NCBI GenBank assembly: GCA_040954595.2
Contig: CM082598.2
Span: 9,935,097-9,999,096, forward strand
DNA length: 64,000 nt
Source: Balanoglossus misakiensis
Taxonomy: Eukaryota > Animalia > Hemichordata
Reading direction: 5' to 3'
Both the position numbers and the translations under genes were made by a program. Below the pieces are notes generated by a model, which was not told the DNA's origin, did no database searches, and worked only from the letters and a program-made list of their open reading frames with translations. Shown here in pieces: positions 49,001-58,574 of the stretch; the stretch's first letter is position 1; each line of letters starts with the position of its first letter.

Positions 49001-52000
49001 AATATTCAATGTCTGTGTCTGTTCATAGACCCTAGAGAAAGAAGGACGCGCAACTGCGGCAAAGATCAAAGGGTTTGGGGATGATCGGTATGACGATGTT
49101 CTTTTGCATATAATTAACACCTAGGACGGTGGCACGCGTGAATCTCCACTTTGGCACGCGTCGATTGCATTATTAGCATATCATTAACATATCACCAAAA
49201 AATAAACGCAACTCTGTGATGCGCGACAGTAACCAAAACTGGCACTCCTATATTTCAGCAGCCACTGCGTTTTTTTCTAAAATTCAAAAAGTATTACGTT
49301 TCTGTGCTATTTATTATGGTTTGGTGTTCGTCTGTCGGTTGAACGGTCATTTCTAGTGCCACAGGCTTCATTTAAACATTGTAAACAAATCATCCATGTT
49401 TTTTGCATGTCCGACTGGGCACTCATACTTCTTGGAAATGCTGACACTTTTCGTACTAATTTTATGTTTGCGTGAAGCATTGAAACAAAAATTGTGGTTT
49501 AGGGGCATTTTATTTCGCAGTGCGTGAACAATGAAACAGATTTCACGAAAACTATTTGTAAACAAACTTTGTGGATTTTCACGTGTGCGCTATGGCCGCC
49601 ATCTTGGTTTCTCATGGTTGACGACGACAGGAAACCCTAGGTACCGTTAGCTCACAGCCTTGTCAAATACCGGGACTGTTAGACAAAAGATGCTTGTTGG
49701 TCTGTTCCAGGGCTGACTGAAAGACATTGCTTGTACCACAGTGTCCTTGACGCTATTTTTTTAGGTCCCACTGGTATGTACCATGGGACCTTATGGGATC
49801 GGTTGCGTCTGTATGTATGGATGTCCACATCAAAAACTTGAAAACCGCTGCGCGTATGACCTCGATATTTGGTGTGTAGATGAAGGCAGGGCTGTAGATG
49901 GGAGTTTGTTCAAATGAAGTTGTCATTGCCAAAAAAATGCAAAGTTGCTGGAAAAATGTGTAATTGGTCAAAACTCAGGAACTCAACAACCCTTGGTCAG
50001 ATTGATTTGAAAATTGGTATGCATGTACCTTATGTCAACCTCATACAGTTAAGTCCTGTATGTTTTGAGCTAATATTATTGATTTCCTATTTTTTATGCA
50101 TTTTTTTTTATTTTTCCATGTTATTGGTAAAAAGTCTTCATTTCTGAAAGTGATGGGCTTACTAATGATTGTCTGAGTAACCATAGTTTTCTTCAAATTG
50201 TTGCAAAATTTGCATATTTATAATTTTGAGCAATATTTGCCATTTTTGATCAAAATTTTTTTTCTTTAAAACCGCATGCCAGATTGCTTTGCAATTTGGT
50301 AGGCATGTTCGTAGGGGTAGCCTAAGTAATATGTTGTAAAAAAATGTGATATTTTCATAAATGTGTTGTCGGGGAAACTTTTGCAATTTTTGACAAAAAT
50401 TGTTTTCTCTGAAACCGCTTGTCATATTGCATTGAACTTTGGCAGCATGTTCCTTGTAGTGATTGAAGTAAGATATTGTACAATTTTGGTGATATTTGCA
50501 TATTTGTGTTTTTGCCACTTTTGAACAAATATTTTCTGTGAAACTGCTTGTTGGATTGCTTTGAAATTTGTTTTTTCTCTGATTGCTTTGAAATTTAGGA
50601 TATAATTTCATAACACATACATGTACATGTGCAACTATTATTCAATTCTGATATCAGAAATATTCAATATTTTATAGCGAGTTTTTTTGTAAGTTTCTTT
50701 GTTTTTGGCATGGTTAGTAAATCTTCTCCTAAACCAATTGTCCAGTTGTTTTGAAAGTTACTGTTTACAAGGAGTTGTTACTCCCAACTTTGACATGTTT
50801 ACATAACTTTAATAGGCCTGCTGTTACAGAGACCACTTGCTATTACATTTTTAATTACCAGTGGCAGGTCAGTGTGTGTCTGCCTGTCTGTTCCAGGGCT
50901 GACTGAAAGAAGTTGCTTCTCATGTGTGTTTGTACAGACAATTTTTGGTCAATTTTTTTACTAGCACCACTGGTAAGACTGCCATGACACATGACAGTTT
51001 ATTGGGAATGTTCCTTGTTAATTTTTTTTACATTCCATATCGTAAGATCATATCTGCTTGCAATGTCACCTGTAATTTTTATTCTGGTGTGTCACTGTTT
51101 CCACATAATCCTCAAATGGGACCACAGTGTCCTTGACGCTATTTTTTAAATTGTGGGAATTTCGACTCTACTGATATTTCTTTGATTTTTGGTTTATTTT
51201 GCCATAAATAAGTGTTATCTTGATATACTATCCTGCAATATCATTTAATAAACAGAATTCAAGCATATCCGAAATTATTTAAAGCTTAAAGTTTTTTTTA
51301 TCCAGTTGCAACTCATGGATCTTTAAAGAGTACACTATCATGACATGTGCAGCTCCATAAACTCAAAATGGTGCTGTTTGACAACTGAGGAAAGTGATAA
51401 GATTGAAGTATATTATGGATTACTACTGTGCTAAAAGTGGCAACTATAGAAGGTTTAATACATGAACAGTATATTTTTCATTTATCCATAGCCATTACAC
51501 ATACAGGTTAAATGTCTTCATTCAAACTTCATATTAGGACAATACACTATATGTATATCATACATATATATGTCAATTTAAGTCTCATTATGATTTGTTG
51601 TTTTATATGCCACTTATTTTTCTTATACACTGAAAGTATTACTAGGTTAATATTTTGATAGAAAATTATCCATAGCCATTTTGCTGACACATTTGACCTG
51701 TTCAATTCAACCATGGCTGGCAGTGTTTTCTTTATCCATTTATTCAAAATGGATTGACAATAACATTGATATAGTGATGTTTTTATTTTATTTTTTGCCA
51801 GGAGTGTGTAATATGTCAAATTTTTAAATTGGCCAAATATTATCTTAAGTTAATTCTTCATTCTACACATTATTAGGTCTTCCATTTTCTTTTATTCACA
51901 CAGCGGTTGTCCACAGCTAATGAAGAAATCATTGAAGTTCTGTTGTCAAAGCATCAAGTACTTACAGCACTGCGATTTATCCGTAGTGTTGGTCAGATTG

Positions 52001-54505
52001 ATTCAGTATCTGCCAGGAAATTCTTGGAGGCTGCTTACACCACTGATGACAAAATGCTATTCCATACTGTCTTTAAATTCTTTGAGGACAGAAATCTGCG
52101 ATTGAGAGGACATCCAAGATTCGTTTCAGGTATTAGTCATTAAAGCTCCATTAGCTGTAATTTAGCGCAATGTTTTCAGTATTTTTGTTTTGTGTATGTA
52201 CTGCAATTTCTTGTTTAATTTCCAGAAATATGATGAAATGCTCAGTGTCCAGGCTATAAACACATCATATATGTGTATAGAGAGCATTGTTATTGTTCAA
52301 AATTTGTATTCTAGTCCAGACTAGAATTCAGTCGTCAACAATAACAATGCACGCACACACATACATGCTATGTTGACAAGCTATCCACTTGGTATATAAG
52401 CATGTTGTCTGGAGTAGAACAAGTAAATGCATTTGGCACACAGAACAAAAATGCTGACAATAAAGCCAAAAGATGAAGCTAATGTCCCTTTTAGTATACT
52501 TCACTCTCCACCCAATATTACTTTGAACTATTGTATGAACGTTAAAGGGACAAAGTCACCCTCTCGCTGCCCTTTTTTCCATTAAGGGGTCTTTTCACAC
52601 CTTTAAGTGCCCTTTCATGCCTGGACGTGCTTGGCTTATCATTAGTTCCCGTACGTTTTGAACGACGCATTGTGGCCAGAAATGCTGGTAAAAAAAAAAA
52701 CACACGCCTGAAAGTTGCTATTGTTTCTCGACAAGTTTTCAAAAGTACTACTACAGCAACATGATTCCTTTGGGACTATTATTATGACATTTTGGAGCAA
52801 AAAAGAATATGCAGGAAAACGCTACAGTGGTGGACAAAACACCAAAAGAAGAAAATATGGAAATCAATTCAACACTTAAATAAAAATTTAATACTTTTTT
52901 GTCCATCAGAATAAAGCCCATGGAAAACATTTTGGATTTGCCAGTCATTCAAATTTACTAAGACTAAAACTTTGTGTTCTCACATACTGCACTTATTCTC
53001 CTTCCATTAGGATTATTACTGTAGATTTGCTGTATGTCAAATGCGTATATATATATATCTTGCTAAAAATTCACAAACAAGCAGTTAAAATTCGAAGAGT
53101 TTATTTCAAAACAAGAAAAAACATTATATACATAGATTTTAAAGTAGATGCCTAAATATGTAAACATGAATTACCCGGTAAATAAAATCAATTTTGATTT
53201 TAAAAAAATAATCTAGGCAAGGAAAACACATATCTGATCAATATTACCACAATGACAAATATCCCCTGCAGAAATCATTTTGCCCTTCCTACTGATATTA
53301 TGGGGTACAGGTTGAATACAGATGGTACAAATGCCTGGCAGTCAAAGATCACCGCAAGTGAAGGCACTTTATTATCTATGTATTTATTGTTTTTTAGTTT
53401 GTTGTGTGCTACAAAATACTTTCATATGTGTAATACAATGCAAGCAAAAACAGAAAGAAATGCGTTACTGGTGAATCTGAATCCATGGCTTAATCTGAAT
53501 CTGAAATTGACATCAACTTCGAAAACAAATATAGCAGGTAATCGGCAATCACGATCTCACGCTTGCCATACAATGTAGTATGTAGTATTTTCTGCGGGAG
53601 TAATTTTGCCAACATTACACCTGTTTGGAATCGTTATACTAGTATTTAATTATACAGGTAAATTTTTGGGTATATCTGAGGTCAAAAAAAATTCTGAGGT
53701 CAGGGTTCTGAGGTTCTGAAACTTCTGAGGGCTCTGACTCAGAGGGCTCTGAAAAGTCAACTCTACCCAAGAAAATGAATAATCGGTCTCTACCATTTAT
53801 TCATTTTGGCGAGATTTACTCTCATATCCTACAAACTGGATGGAAGTTGTGTATGGTCAAACGTTGATTCACTATTTATCTGCATGTAGAATAACATAAA
53901 CTGTGTCTTGTATCAAACATAAATAATGGAAAAAGGGCAGCGAGAGAGAGACTTTGTCCCTTTAAGAATAGGATGCACACAGTACATTACATATTAGTTT
54001 CTTTGTGTGCTACCGACAAAAGATACAGCTAATGTCCCTGTAAGGATGTACGTTCAGTAAAATTAAAAGTATTGTCATTTATTTTAATTGTTGATTTATG
54101 GATTATCCTGTGTGTGTATAATGGAAACCTGTGATAAAAATAGGGGTCGCCGCACATGTTTTTGAAATACAGAGCCATGAGTTAAGTCTATATTGGAAGA
54201 AAACTGCTGACTCAGTATTTTTCACCAATGCTTTGCCTATGGGCAAAATTTTTAGCACAATTTATCTCAAAATAGAGTGTGGTGACCACAAGATATGACA
54301 ATATTAAAAGTATGTTATCTAGCAATGATCAATGTTATCCTATGGGAAAAAGATTCACATGCACTGTTTATCAGTGTATCTTCTGCATCCTTAACATATC
54401 ATTCTTTTCTGTGTTTTTTTATCAGGTGAACACTGTGAGCAGTATGTGAAACATTTTGAAGATTTGTTTGGTTCTGAAAGTTTTATGTCTCAAATAGTCA
54501 TCTAG
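6972..54505 (+). CDS. RMC1: RMC1/C18orf8 (Mic1) homolog, 5'-partial, 11 coding exons: 6972-7061, 8065-8134, 11062-11097, 21570-21726, 29408-29520, 32211-32387, 35357-35461, 41317-41394, 44612-44785, 51904-52129, 54426-54505
   Basis: All exons have AG/GT boundaries and compatible phases (1306 nt in total, one frame ending in TAG at 54503-54505). The peptide follows vertebrate RMC1 as I recall it: [123 protein letters not shown]. Confidence 0.96.
7805..7987. mobile_element. Tc1/mariner (Tigger-like) MITE
   Basis: TA-CAGTGAAACCTGTCTAAAC ... GTTTAGACAGGTTTT..ACTG-TA. Confidence 0.65.
8065..8134 (+). CDS. RMC1: RMC1 exon ([23 protein letters not shown])
   Basis: acacag acceptor, gtaagt donor, phase-compatible. 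Confidence 0.93.
8937..10691. mobile_element. Zator-like TIR element (TTA TSD)
   Basis: TTA-GGCCAAAA..GAAATGTTTCTGGTCAG ... CTGACCAGAAACATTTC..GGCC-TTA; reversed sister at 35546 to about 39705. Confidence 0.6.
9049..9624. mobile_element. Kolobok-like MITE nested in the Zator-like element; reversed partial sister at about 24350-24640
   Basis: TTAA-AGGTCTCATGCCATGC ... GCATGGCATGAGACCT-TTAA. Confidence 0.75.
11062..11097 (+). CDS. RMC1: RMC1 36-nt exon ([12 protein letters not shown])
   Basis: ttgcag acceptor, gtatgt donor; fills the conserved DNLxVVHHQ motif. Confidence 0.92.
12900..13020 (-). pseudogene. LINE reverse-transcriptase C-terminal fragment (L2/CR1/Rex-type)
   Basis: Minus-strand [18 protein letters not shown] resembles the YKYLG..D..L.W motif. 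Confidence 0.6.
13022..16235 (+). mobile_element. HINE-like family A: two heads, two bodies (nested pair)
   Basis: Hairpin heads at 13024-13055 and 13076-13109, (CTTT)n, internal repeats of about 120/240 bp, tails GCTTGGGCCC..GCTGC..GCAGCTTTAATT at about 14529-14563 and 16201-16235. Confidence 0.75.
19200..20280 (-). pseudogene. Heavily decayed Cys-rich transposase-like relic (CRIC zinc-finger plus two RING-like motifs; Chapaev/RAG1-N-like)
   Basis: Minus-strand fragments across frames: [56 protein letters not shown]. Confidence 0.4.
21570..21726 (+). CDS. RMC1: RMC1 exon ([11 protein letters not shown]...QITCEL)
   Basis: polyT-cag acceptor; ends at the U12-type donor GTATCCTT, phase 1. Confidence 0.92.
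21795..23000. mobile_element. Crypton-like palindrome-headed element (boundaries approximate); diverged inverted sister blocks within about 42300-44265; contains a 140-bp hairpin at about 22168-22308
   Basis: ATATAATTtCCCC...GGGGAATTATAT head and a shared 22760-22990 block found inverted at 44095-44255 and 42340-42550. Confidence 0.5.
24828..26359. mobile_element. Kolobok-like 1.5-kb element, copy 1 (left TIR lost)
   Basis: Highly similar direct copy at 33377-34884; ends CCCCT-TTAA. Confidence 0.75.
26479..27227 (-). mobile_element. PIF/Harbinger-like non-autonomous element (AAT TSD)
   Basis: AAT-AGTGCCTTTCTCACGTG ... CACGTGTGCAAGCGACT-AAT; inverted sister at 57391-58071. Confidence 0.75.
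26990..27032. mobile_element. 43-bp hairpin insertion with 9-bp TSD
   Basis: CATATACAG-[TAGCTCTGGACTTATAC-9nt-GTATAAGTCCAGAGCTA]-CATATACAG; empty site at 57557-57565. Confidence 0.85.
27794..28477 (+). mobile_element. Harbinger deletion derivative carrying a Myb/SANT ORF
   Basis: TIR GGGGTTACACGTG / CACGTGTAACCCC; internal Myb-like ORF; TSD unclear. Confidence 0.7.
28034..28309 (+). CDS. Myb/SANT-like (trihelix) DNA-binding domain ORF, 91 aa, transposon-derived
   Basis: [14 protein letters not shown]...VYEVIA...[21 protein letters not shown]; accacgATGG start context; no internal stops. Confidence 0.75.
   Translation: MDSVQARCSRDRGNNWSDDEVKLLISIWKDENVIRMMDGTSRDRRVYEVIAAKAREKGLDRTAEQCHNKIKRLRNQYKTVSDHNRRFGDCG
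29408..29520 (+). CDS. RMC1: RMC1 exon ([38 protein letters not shown])
   Basis: aatcag acceptor, gtaaat donor, conserved WIVFQP. Confidence 0.93.
29575..31628 (+). mobile_element. HINE-like family A copy (eroded head)
   Basis: Tail GCTTGGGCCCC..GCTGCTTGCAGCTTTAATT; 30181-31628 is nearly identical to 47565-48983. Confidence 0.7.
32211..32387 (+). CDS. RMC1: RMC1 exon ([21 protein letters not shown]...QGLQ)
   Basis: ttttcag acceptor, gtatga donor, 177 nt. Confidence 0.93.
32720..32885. repeat. Perfect 83-bp tandem duplication
   Basis: 32720-32802 = 32803-32885. Confidence 0.92.
33377..34884. mobile_element. Kolobok-like 1.5-kb element, copy 2
   Basis: TTAA-ATGCGGA ... TCCGCCT-TTAA; duplicate of 24828-26359. 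Confidence 0.75.
35357..35461 (+). CDS. RMC1: RMC1 exon (VGEPG...[21 protein letters not shown])
   Basis: gactag acceptor, gtaatt donor, 105 nt. Confidence 0.9.
35911..37077. mobile_element. Academ-like foldback element with inverted arms of about 400 bp (CTA TSD)
   Basis: CTA-TAGT...ACTA-CTA; arms at about 35911-36320 and 36657-37077; empty site at 49638-49640 in the sister P-like copy. Confidence 0.8.
36020..36957. promoter_or_regulatory. Four CTCF-like motifs: 36020-36038 and 36149-36167 (minus), 36810-36828 and 36939-36957 (plus)
   Basis: TGGCCACTAGAGGGCGCTG (twice), TAGCTACTAGAGGGCGCTG and TGGCCGCTAGAGGGCGCTG versus the CTCF core consensus; sequence match only. Confidence 0.5.
37771..39623. 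mobile_element. Mutator (MULE)-like element with TIRs of about 180 bp
   Basis: ACTATATTC-[cAGGTATGTAAGAGGTCAAAACT ... AGTTTTGACCTCTTACATACCTc]-ACTATATTG (9-bp TSD, 8/9 match). Confidence 0.75.
38066..38340 (-). mobile_element. 3' end of an L2-type LINE
   Basis: Minus-strand [13 protein letters not shown]...[10 protein letters not shown], then a 3' stem-loop and (TAA)n tail. Confidence 0.8.
39783..39944. mobile_element. Tc1/mariner MITE inserted in a HINE-B microsatellite
   Basis: CAGTCGAACCCCTGTTAGTGGCCA ... TGGCCACTATAGAGAGGTTTGACTG-TA. Confidence 0.65.
41317..41394 (+). CDS. RMC1: RMC1 exon ([26 protein letters not shown])
   Basis: ttgcag acceptor, gtaaga donor, 78 nt. Confidence 0.94.
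44355..44450. repeat. (GTCT)n(GTAT)n(GCAT)n compound microsatellite of a HINE-B-like head
   Basis: Direct reading; preceded by TTTTTAGGTCCCAT head. Confidence 0.9.
44612..44785 (+). CDS. RMC1: RMC1 exon ([13 protein letters not shown]...LALDMLK), Mic1 domain
   Basis: tttcag acceptor, gtaata donor, 174 nt. Confidence 0.95.
45050..45957. mobile_element. hAT-like element with 5-bp TSD (hAT5 type), inside a foldback element at about 44990-46300
   Basis: CAGAG-CAGGGTTCTCCACG ... CGTGGAGAACCCTG-CAGAG; the opposite host arm (about 46232-46260) has a single CAGAG. Confidence 0.8.
46660..51146 (+). mobile_element. Composite HINE cluster: family B shell, (GTCC)n-type head with repeats of about 122 bp (47002-47565), family A tail (to 48983), P-like fragment (49024-49696), then a full family B copy (49761-51146)
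   Basis: Heads, microsatellites and tails (ACCACAGTGTCCTTGACGCTATTTT at about 49735-49760 and 51121-51146) read directly; similarity to other copies in the window. Confidence 0.7.
51904..52129 (+). CDS. RMC1: RMC1 exon ([10 protein letters not shown]...RGHPRFVS), Mic1 domain
   Basis: acacag acceptor, gtatta donor, phase 1. Confidence 0.95.
52546..53961. mobile_element. Kolobok-like family D element
   Basis: TTAA-AGGGACAAAGTC..CTCTCGCTGCCC ... GGGCAGCGAGAGAGAGACTTTGTCCCT-TTAA. Confidence 0.8.
54426..54505 (+). CDS. RMC1: RMC1 last coding exon ([26 protein letters not shown])
   Basis: ttatcag acceptor, TAG stop, matches the RMC1 C-terminus. Confidence 0.94.
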
Positions 54506-55739
54506 AGATACCAGAAACAATCCATACTACCAAGACAACATAGGACTTTTGCGTTGTTGGCAATCGCAAGGATTTTAAACTCCTGTCACGTGGGGGCGCT
54601 CCACATTTTGTAAAAAAGGTTGGCTACACTACATTCAGTCACATAGGCAACTGCTACATCATGCCTGAAGACGTTCACAAAATGAACATGAAGGACGAAT
54701 CAAGAAATATTCCTCCTTTCAAAGCAACATCAGTTGTGTACAAAAAAATGGACGCAAGCCATCGTTTATGTTATTCTACATGTGGATCTATAGGGAATCA
54801 ACGTTTGACCACACACTTCTTTCATCCCGTTTGTGGGATATGAGAATTAATATGAATAAATGGTAGAGACCAATTTATATCATTTTGGCGAGTTTTTCAC
54901 GCTTGTGTCTATAAGGTCCTTGGGAGGATAGGATTCTATATTCTCTTTTGAAATAACATAACAAGAACTAATTAGAAATTGGTGAGTGGATCAGTGTTTC
55001 CTTCAAATATAATCAACTTGGTTTTTACATTGACATATCAAAGAAACTAATTATAACACTGGGTTTGTGCTATCCTTTGTCACAGTCGCAAATTGTGAAT
55101 AAAGCATTTTGTGGCGAAAAAATGACAATGAGTTTGCCACGTGTGGTGGAATGGCAATTTCTCCAGCTGATGAAGCATTTCAGGTACTCTTTATTTTGGT
55201 CAATAAAGAAGACCACCAAAATGAGTTTAATTTTACAGTTTGATTAAAAAGGAAAAATAAACTTCAGCAACTATGGTAACAAACTGTGTACAGTGTACCA
55301 AGGATAGATCAAACCCATATATCTGCAAAACTAGATAAGATAGCGGAAACTGGGTCTTTGGATGATTCTATTACAAAGTCCAATTAAGTCATATGTGACA
55401 CGTACGCTTACATGCCTTACAAGTTACACATTCTCTTTGATTGAGGTGATCAGAGACTTACTAAATACATTCCTATATTGAACTGGTCAAAAGGGATTTT
55501 TGTATGTCAGATTGGTTGTAGACTCGACTCGATCTTGACACTACGCCATGATATTTTACAATTTTAAAATTTGAAGTTCAGTTTGGTTACAGAACTGTTT
55601 AATATCAAACTTCTGTTACCAAAACGACTGGTGTCAAAATCTGTACAAGTCTGTCATAATAGGAAAATACACACACCCCTTTGAGCCCAGTAAAGCTTTC
55701 GACACAACAACTAACCCTTGATATAATGTTGTGTATGGG

Positions 55740-55849
55740 CATAGACCCTGGAGGAAGAGTGATGAACAACTGCGGCAAAGATCAATGGCAATCAACTACT
55801 TCCTGGCATAAACATGGCTGGGATCACGGTCAATAATCCAGGGTCTACG
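55740..55849. mobile_element. 110-bp P-like miniature element
   Basis: GTATGGG-CATAGACCCTGGA ... TCCAGGGTCTACG-GTATTGG; left end resembles the 35586/49024 family. Confidence 0.65.
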
Positions 55850-56070
55850 GTATTGGGTATAAAACGTTTTGGGATCAAAGGTTAAGATCGCCTTCAAATT
55901 CAAGGTCAAAACGCATTTTTTTTAAAGTCCCTTTTCACTCATGTATATGATTCATTGAGACCTTTATCGGATTGGTTGCGTCCTATATCTCTGTCTGTCT
56001 GTCTGTCTGTCTGTATGTACGTACGTGTATGTATGTACGTGTATGTATGTATGTATGTATGTATGTATGT

Positions 56071-56640
56071 ATCGAAGATGAAATTGTGAGTTATATACAA
56101 CATTGGTTTGACTTGAACCAATCATCAACAAGATCCTTCTTTTTTACTCCAAAATCAGCTGGTGGAATGGGGTTAATTAACCCACATATCATGTTTTATG
56201 CCAAACACTTCATTCTATTTATCAGTTATAAACAATGACGACCCCAAGGTACGCCAGGCAGCAAGGCAATCACTTAATCTACATATGGAGAAACGGAAAG
56301 CTGTTTGCACAAGCAATGACTCCCCAAATTTTGCCGGATTTGCTCTCGATGACAGTAATAATATCACAAAACAGTCAAAAATAAATTGGCCAAAGCCCAT
56401 GTGGATAAATCTGCATGAAATGTGCAAACGTGAAGCCATCTACATGTTTAGGAAAGGTGATAAATATATTTATGAAATGTCGCTCGATGAAGAGGTATCA
56501 ATAACATTTGATTGAGCTGAGATGTTTTACACAATGTATAAACAAACCAGGTTGAAGCAATACGAGAAAGATCTTAAGGCAAAGTCCTCTCAGGGGAGAG
56601 TACTTAGAGAAGCGGGAAATGTTCTTCATTCAATTTCAGC
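56071..56640 (+). pseudogene. Frameshifted fragment of a non-LTR retrotransposon, post-RT region (RLE-type clades likely)
   Basis: FFFTPKSAGGMGLINP (P...GGLGL motif), continuing LSVINNDDPKVRQAA... and ...KAKSSQGRVLR. Confidence 0.6.
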
Positions 56641-57390
56641 TACGTATCTCAATAACCATAATATTGATGATATACTATAGGACATATGTTGCTAATAATG
56701 CTAATTATTTTCCAACTACTCCAAATTTACTTAGAAATAAAAATAGAATGGAAAACGATGTGTCTTGTCTACTATGGTACGGGTTTATGTATGCGTGTTA
56801 TATGTGAGATGTGACCCCGCCCCCCTATAAAGTTTGCGTATCCGAACCGATCGCATAACCGAACCAAAAGCCTGTCCCCCTAGCTGTTCGGATAATCAAC
56901 GTTCTACTGTATTAGCAGTGCCCGGGTCATTGCTTCAAAATCGAAGAGAGTTGACTGTGTGTCCAGACCCTGTGCATGAGTCTATCTAAAACACACTGGG
57001 TATGGAGACCAGGCTACTGAAATTGTGATGTTAATGTATTATGTTGTATGTCAAAACATTTGTATTACCAATAAAACAAATCCATAACTTTACCTGAGGA
57101 TATTCTCTAGCAATGTCTTGCAAAATTTCATGCACAGCTTGTGATTCCTTCTTGTCCAACAAAGCAAACATCTGACCATGGACGTAAAAAGAGAAGGACT
57201 TCGGACTGCCGCTTAAGCCCATTCACACCTGTTGTGTTCTCTTTGCCTATCCTGTCCTTTGACGTCAGGTGACCGTTGCCGCTGTCAACGTACACAGTGA
57301 CACACCCCCTCGGGTACTCTCAGCAGTACTCACAAAATCTTGCTGTTAAAGTCACACAGAAGTGGTAAATTACTGTAAAATTATCACCAT

Positions 57391-58071
57391 TTAGGGCGTC
57401 CTTTTTGGGATTATAAAAGTTGGTAAACATTTCTTATCAGCGACTCAAATTGTTTTGCATTCACATGTGTATAAAAGGGACGGGGTCATCTCCCTCTACG
57501 CGCGTCCACAGCAGCAGGGCTAAAAGGTCACAATGGCGGATCCAGTGATGTGTTTACTGTATATGGTACTCTTGAATTTGCTTTTTAAACGTCGTCGACG
57601 CCGATTTCATGGGCATTTGAATGACCCGAGACCCGTTTATGGTAACCTTTCATTGGAGGTTGCGATTGGAAGACTGCAGTCCATGCTACAAAATCGTCGT
57701 CGGAGGTCGAGTTTGCAAATCCTGTGTATGTGCCTTGGCCATTTCCGCGTCACTCCAATTGTTGCCTCGAGACACTGCTTCGGCCATTGTTTTAGTAAAG
57801 TGAACCTCAACGCTTAATGCAGACAATGCTTAATGAGACAAACCGCGTCGGTAGAGTGCGTTTAGATCGGCGTTTAGTGCGGTGTTTCTGTTCACACGTG
57901 ATTTGAATCGCTGCTTAGTGCGGCGCCCCGACCCAGGTCCCACCCCTCAACACCGTCCCAGAAAAAGAGCGGCGCAGGGCCGCTCTCACCTTTTCACACG
58001 TGGCACTTACAAATTAACGCCGCCCTCGGGCCGCTGCTGGGGCGGCGTTGACGGCACGTGTGAAAGGCACT
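57391..58071 (+). mobile_element. Harbinger-like element, inverted sister of 26479-27227
   Basis: Reverse-complement similarity; ends CACGTGTGAAAGGCACT. Confidence 0.8.
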
Positions 58072-58574
58072 TATAATTCCAAAAGTTAATTTGATATGTA
58101 AATTTGCGGTTTATTGATTAGACTTTGCAACATGTCCCTACTTCAGGTTATCATGATGTGAGAACAATATCAATCAAGTTTCATAACATTTTGTGCAAGA
58201 ATATATCTCCAATGTTAGATGCAATAACTGGTGTCAGGAATTTCTGCCCAATCCTAGTAAACATTACCAGTACAAAACAGCCGAATCTACATTACAGACA
58301 CCAGATCTAAGCAAAATATTTAAAGGCCAAGTAGATACATCTTTTTCTACATTTTCAGAAACATTGCTTTTGATTTTAAATGACAATACAAAAATACAAA
58401 AATATCCAAAATTGAAAATATGTACATTGTGTACTGAAAATAGAAAATGCTGTTGGTTTAACAATGTTATTTATTATTTGGGTACAATTCGCTCCATATA
58501 GCACTCGCCTCGTGCTATATGTCTCGAATTGTACCCAAATCTCGTGTATACCGCCTGCGGCGGGGTTTATTGCT

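Noticed and set aside
57533-57817. 94-aa ORF MADPVMCLL...RRRRR present in both Harbinger copies
   Set aside because: Possibly a transposase N-terminal remnant, but it has no catalytic motifs and the other copy is interrupted; not called as a gene.
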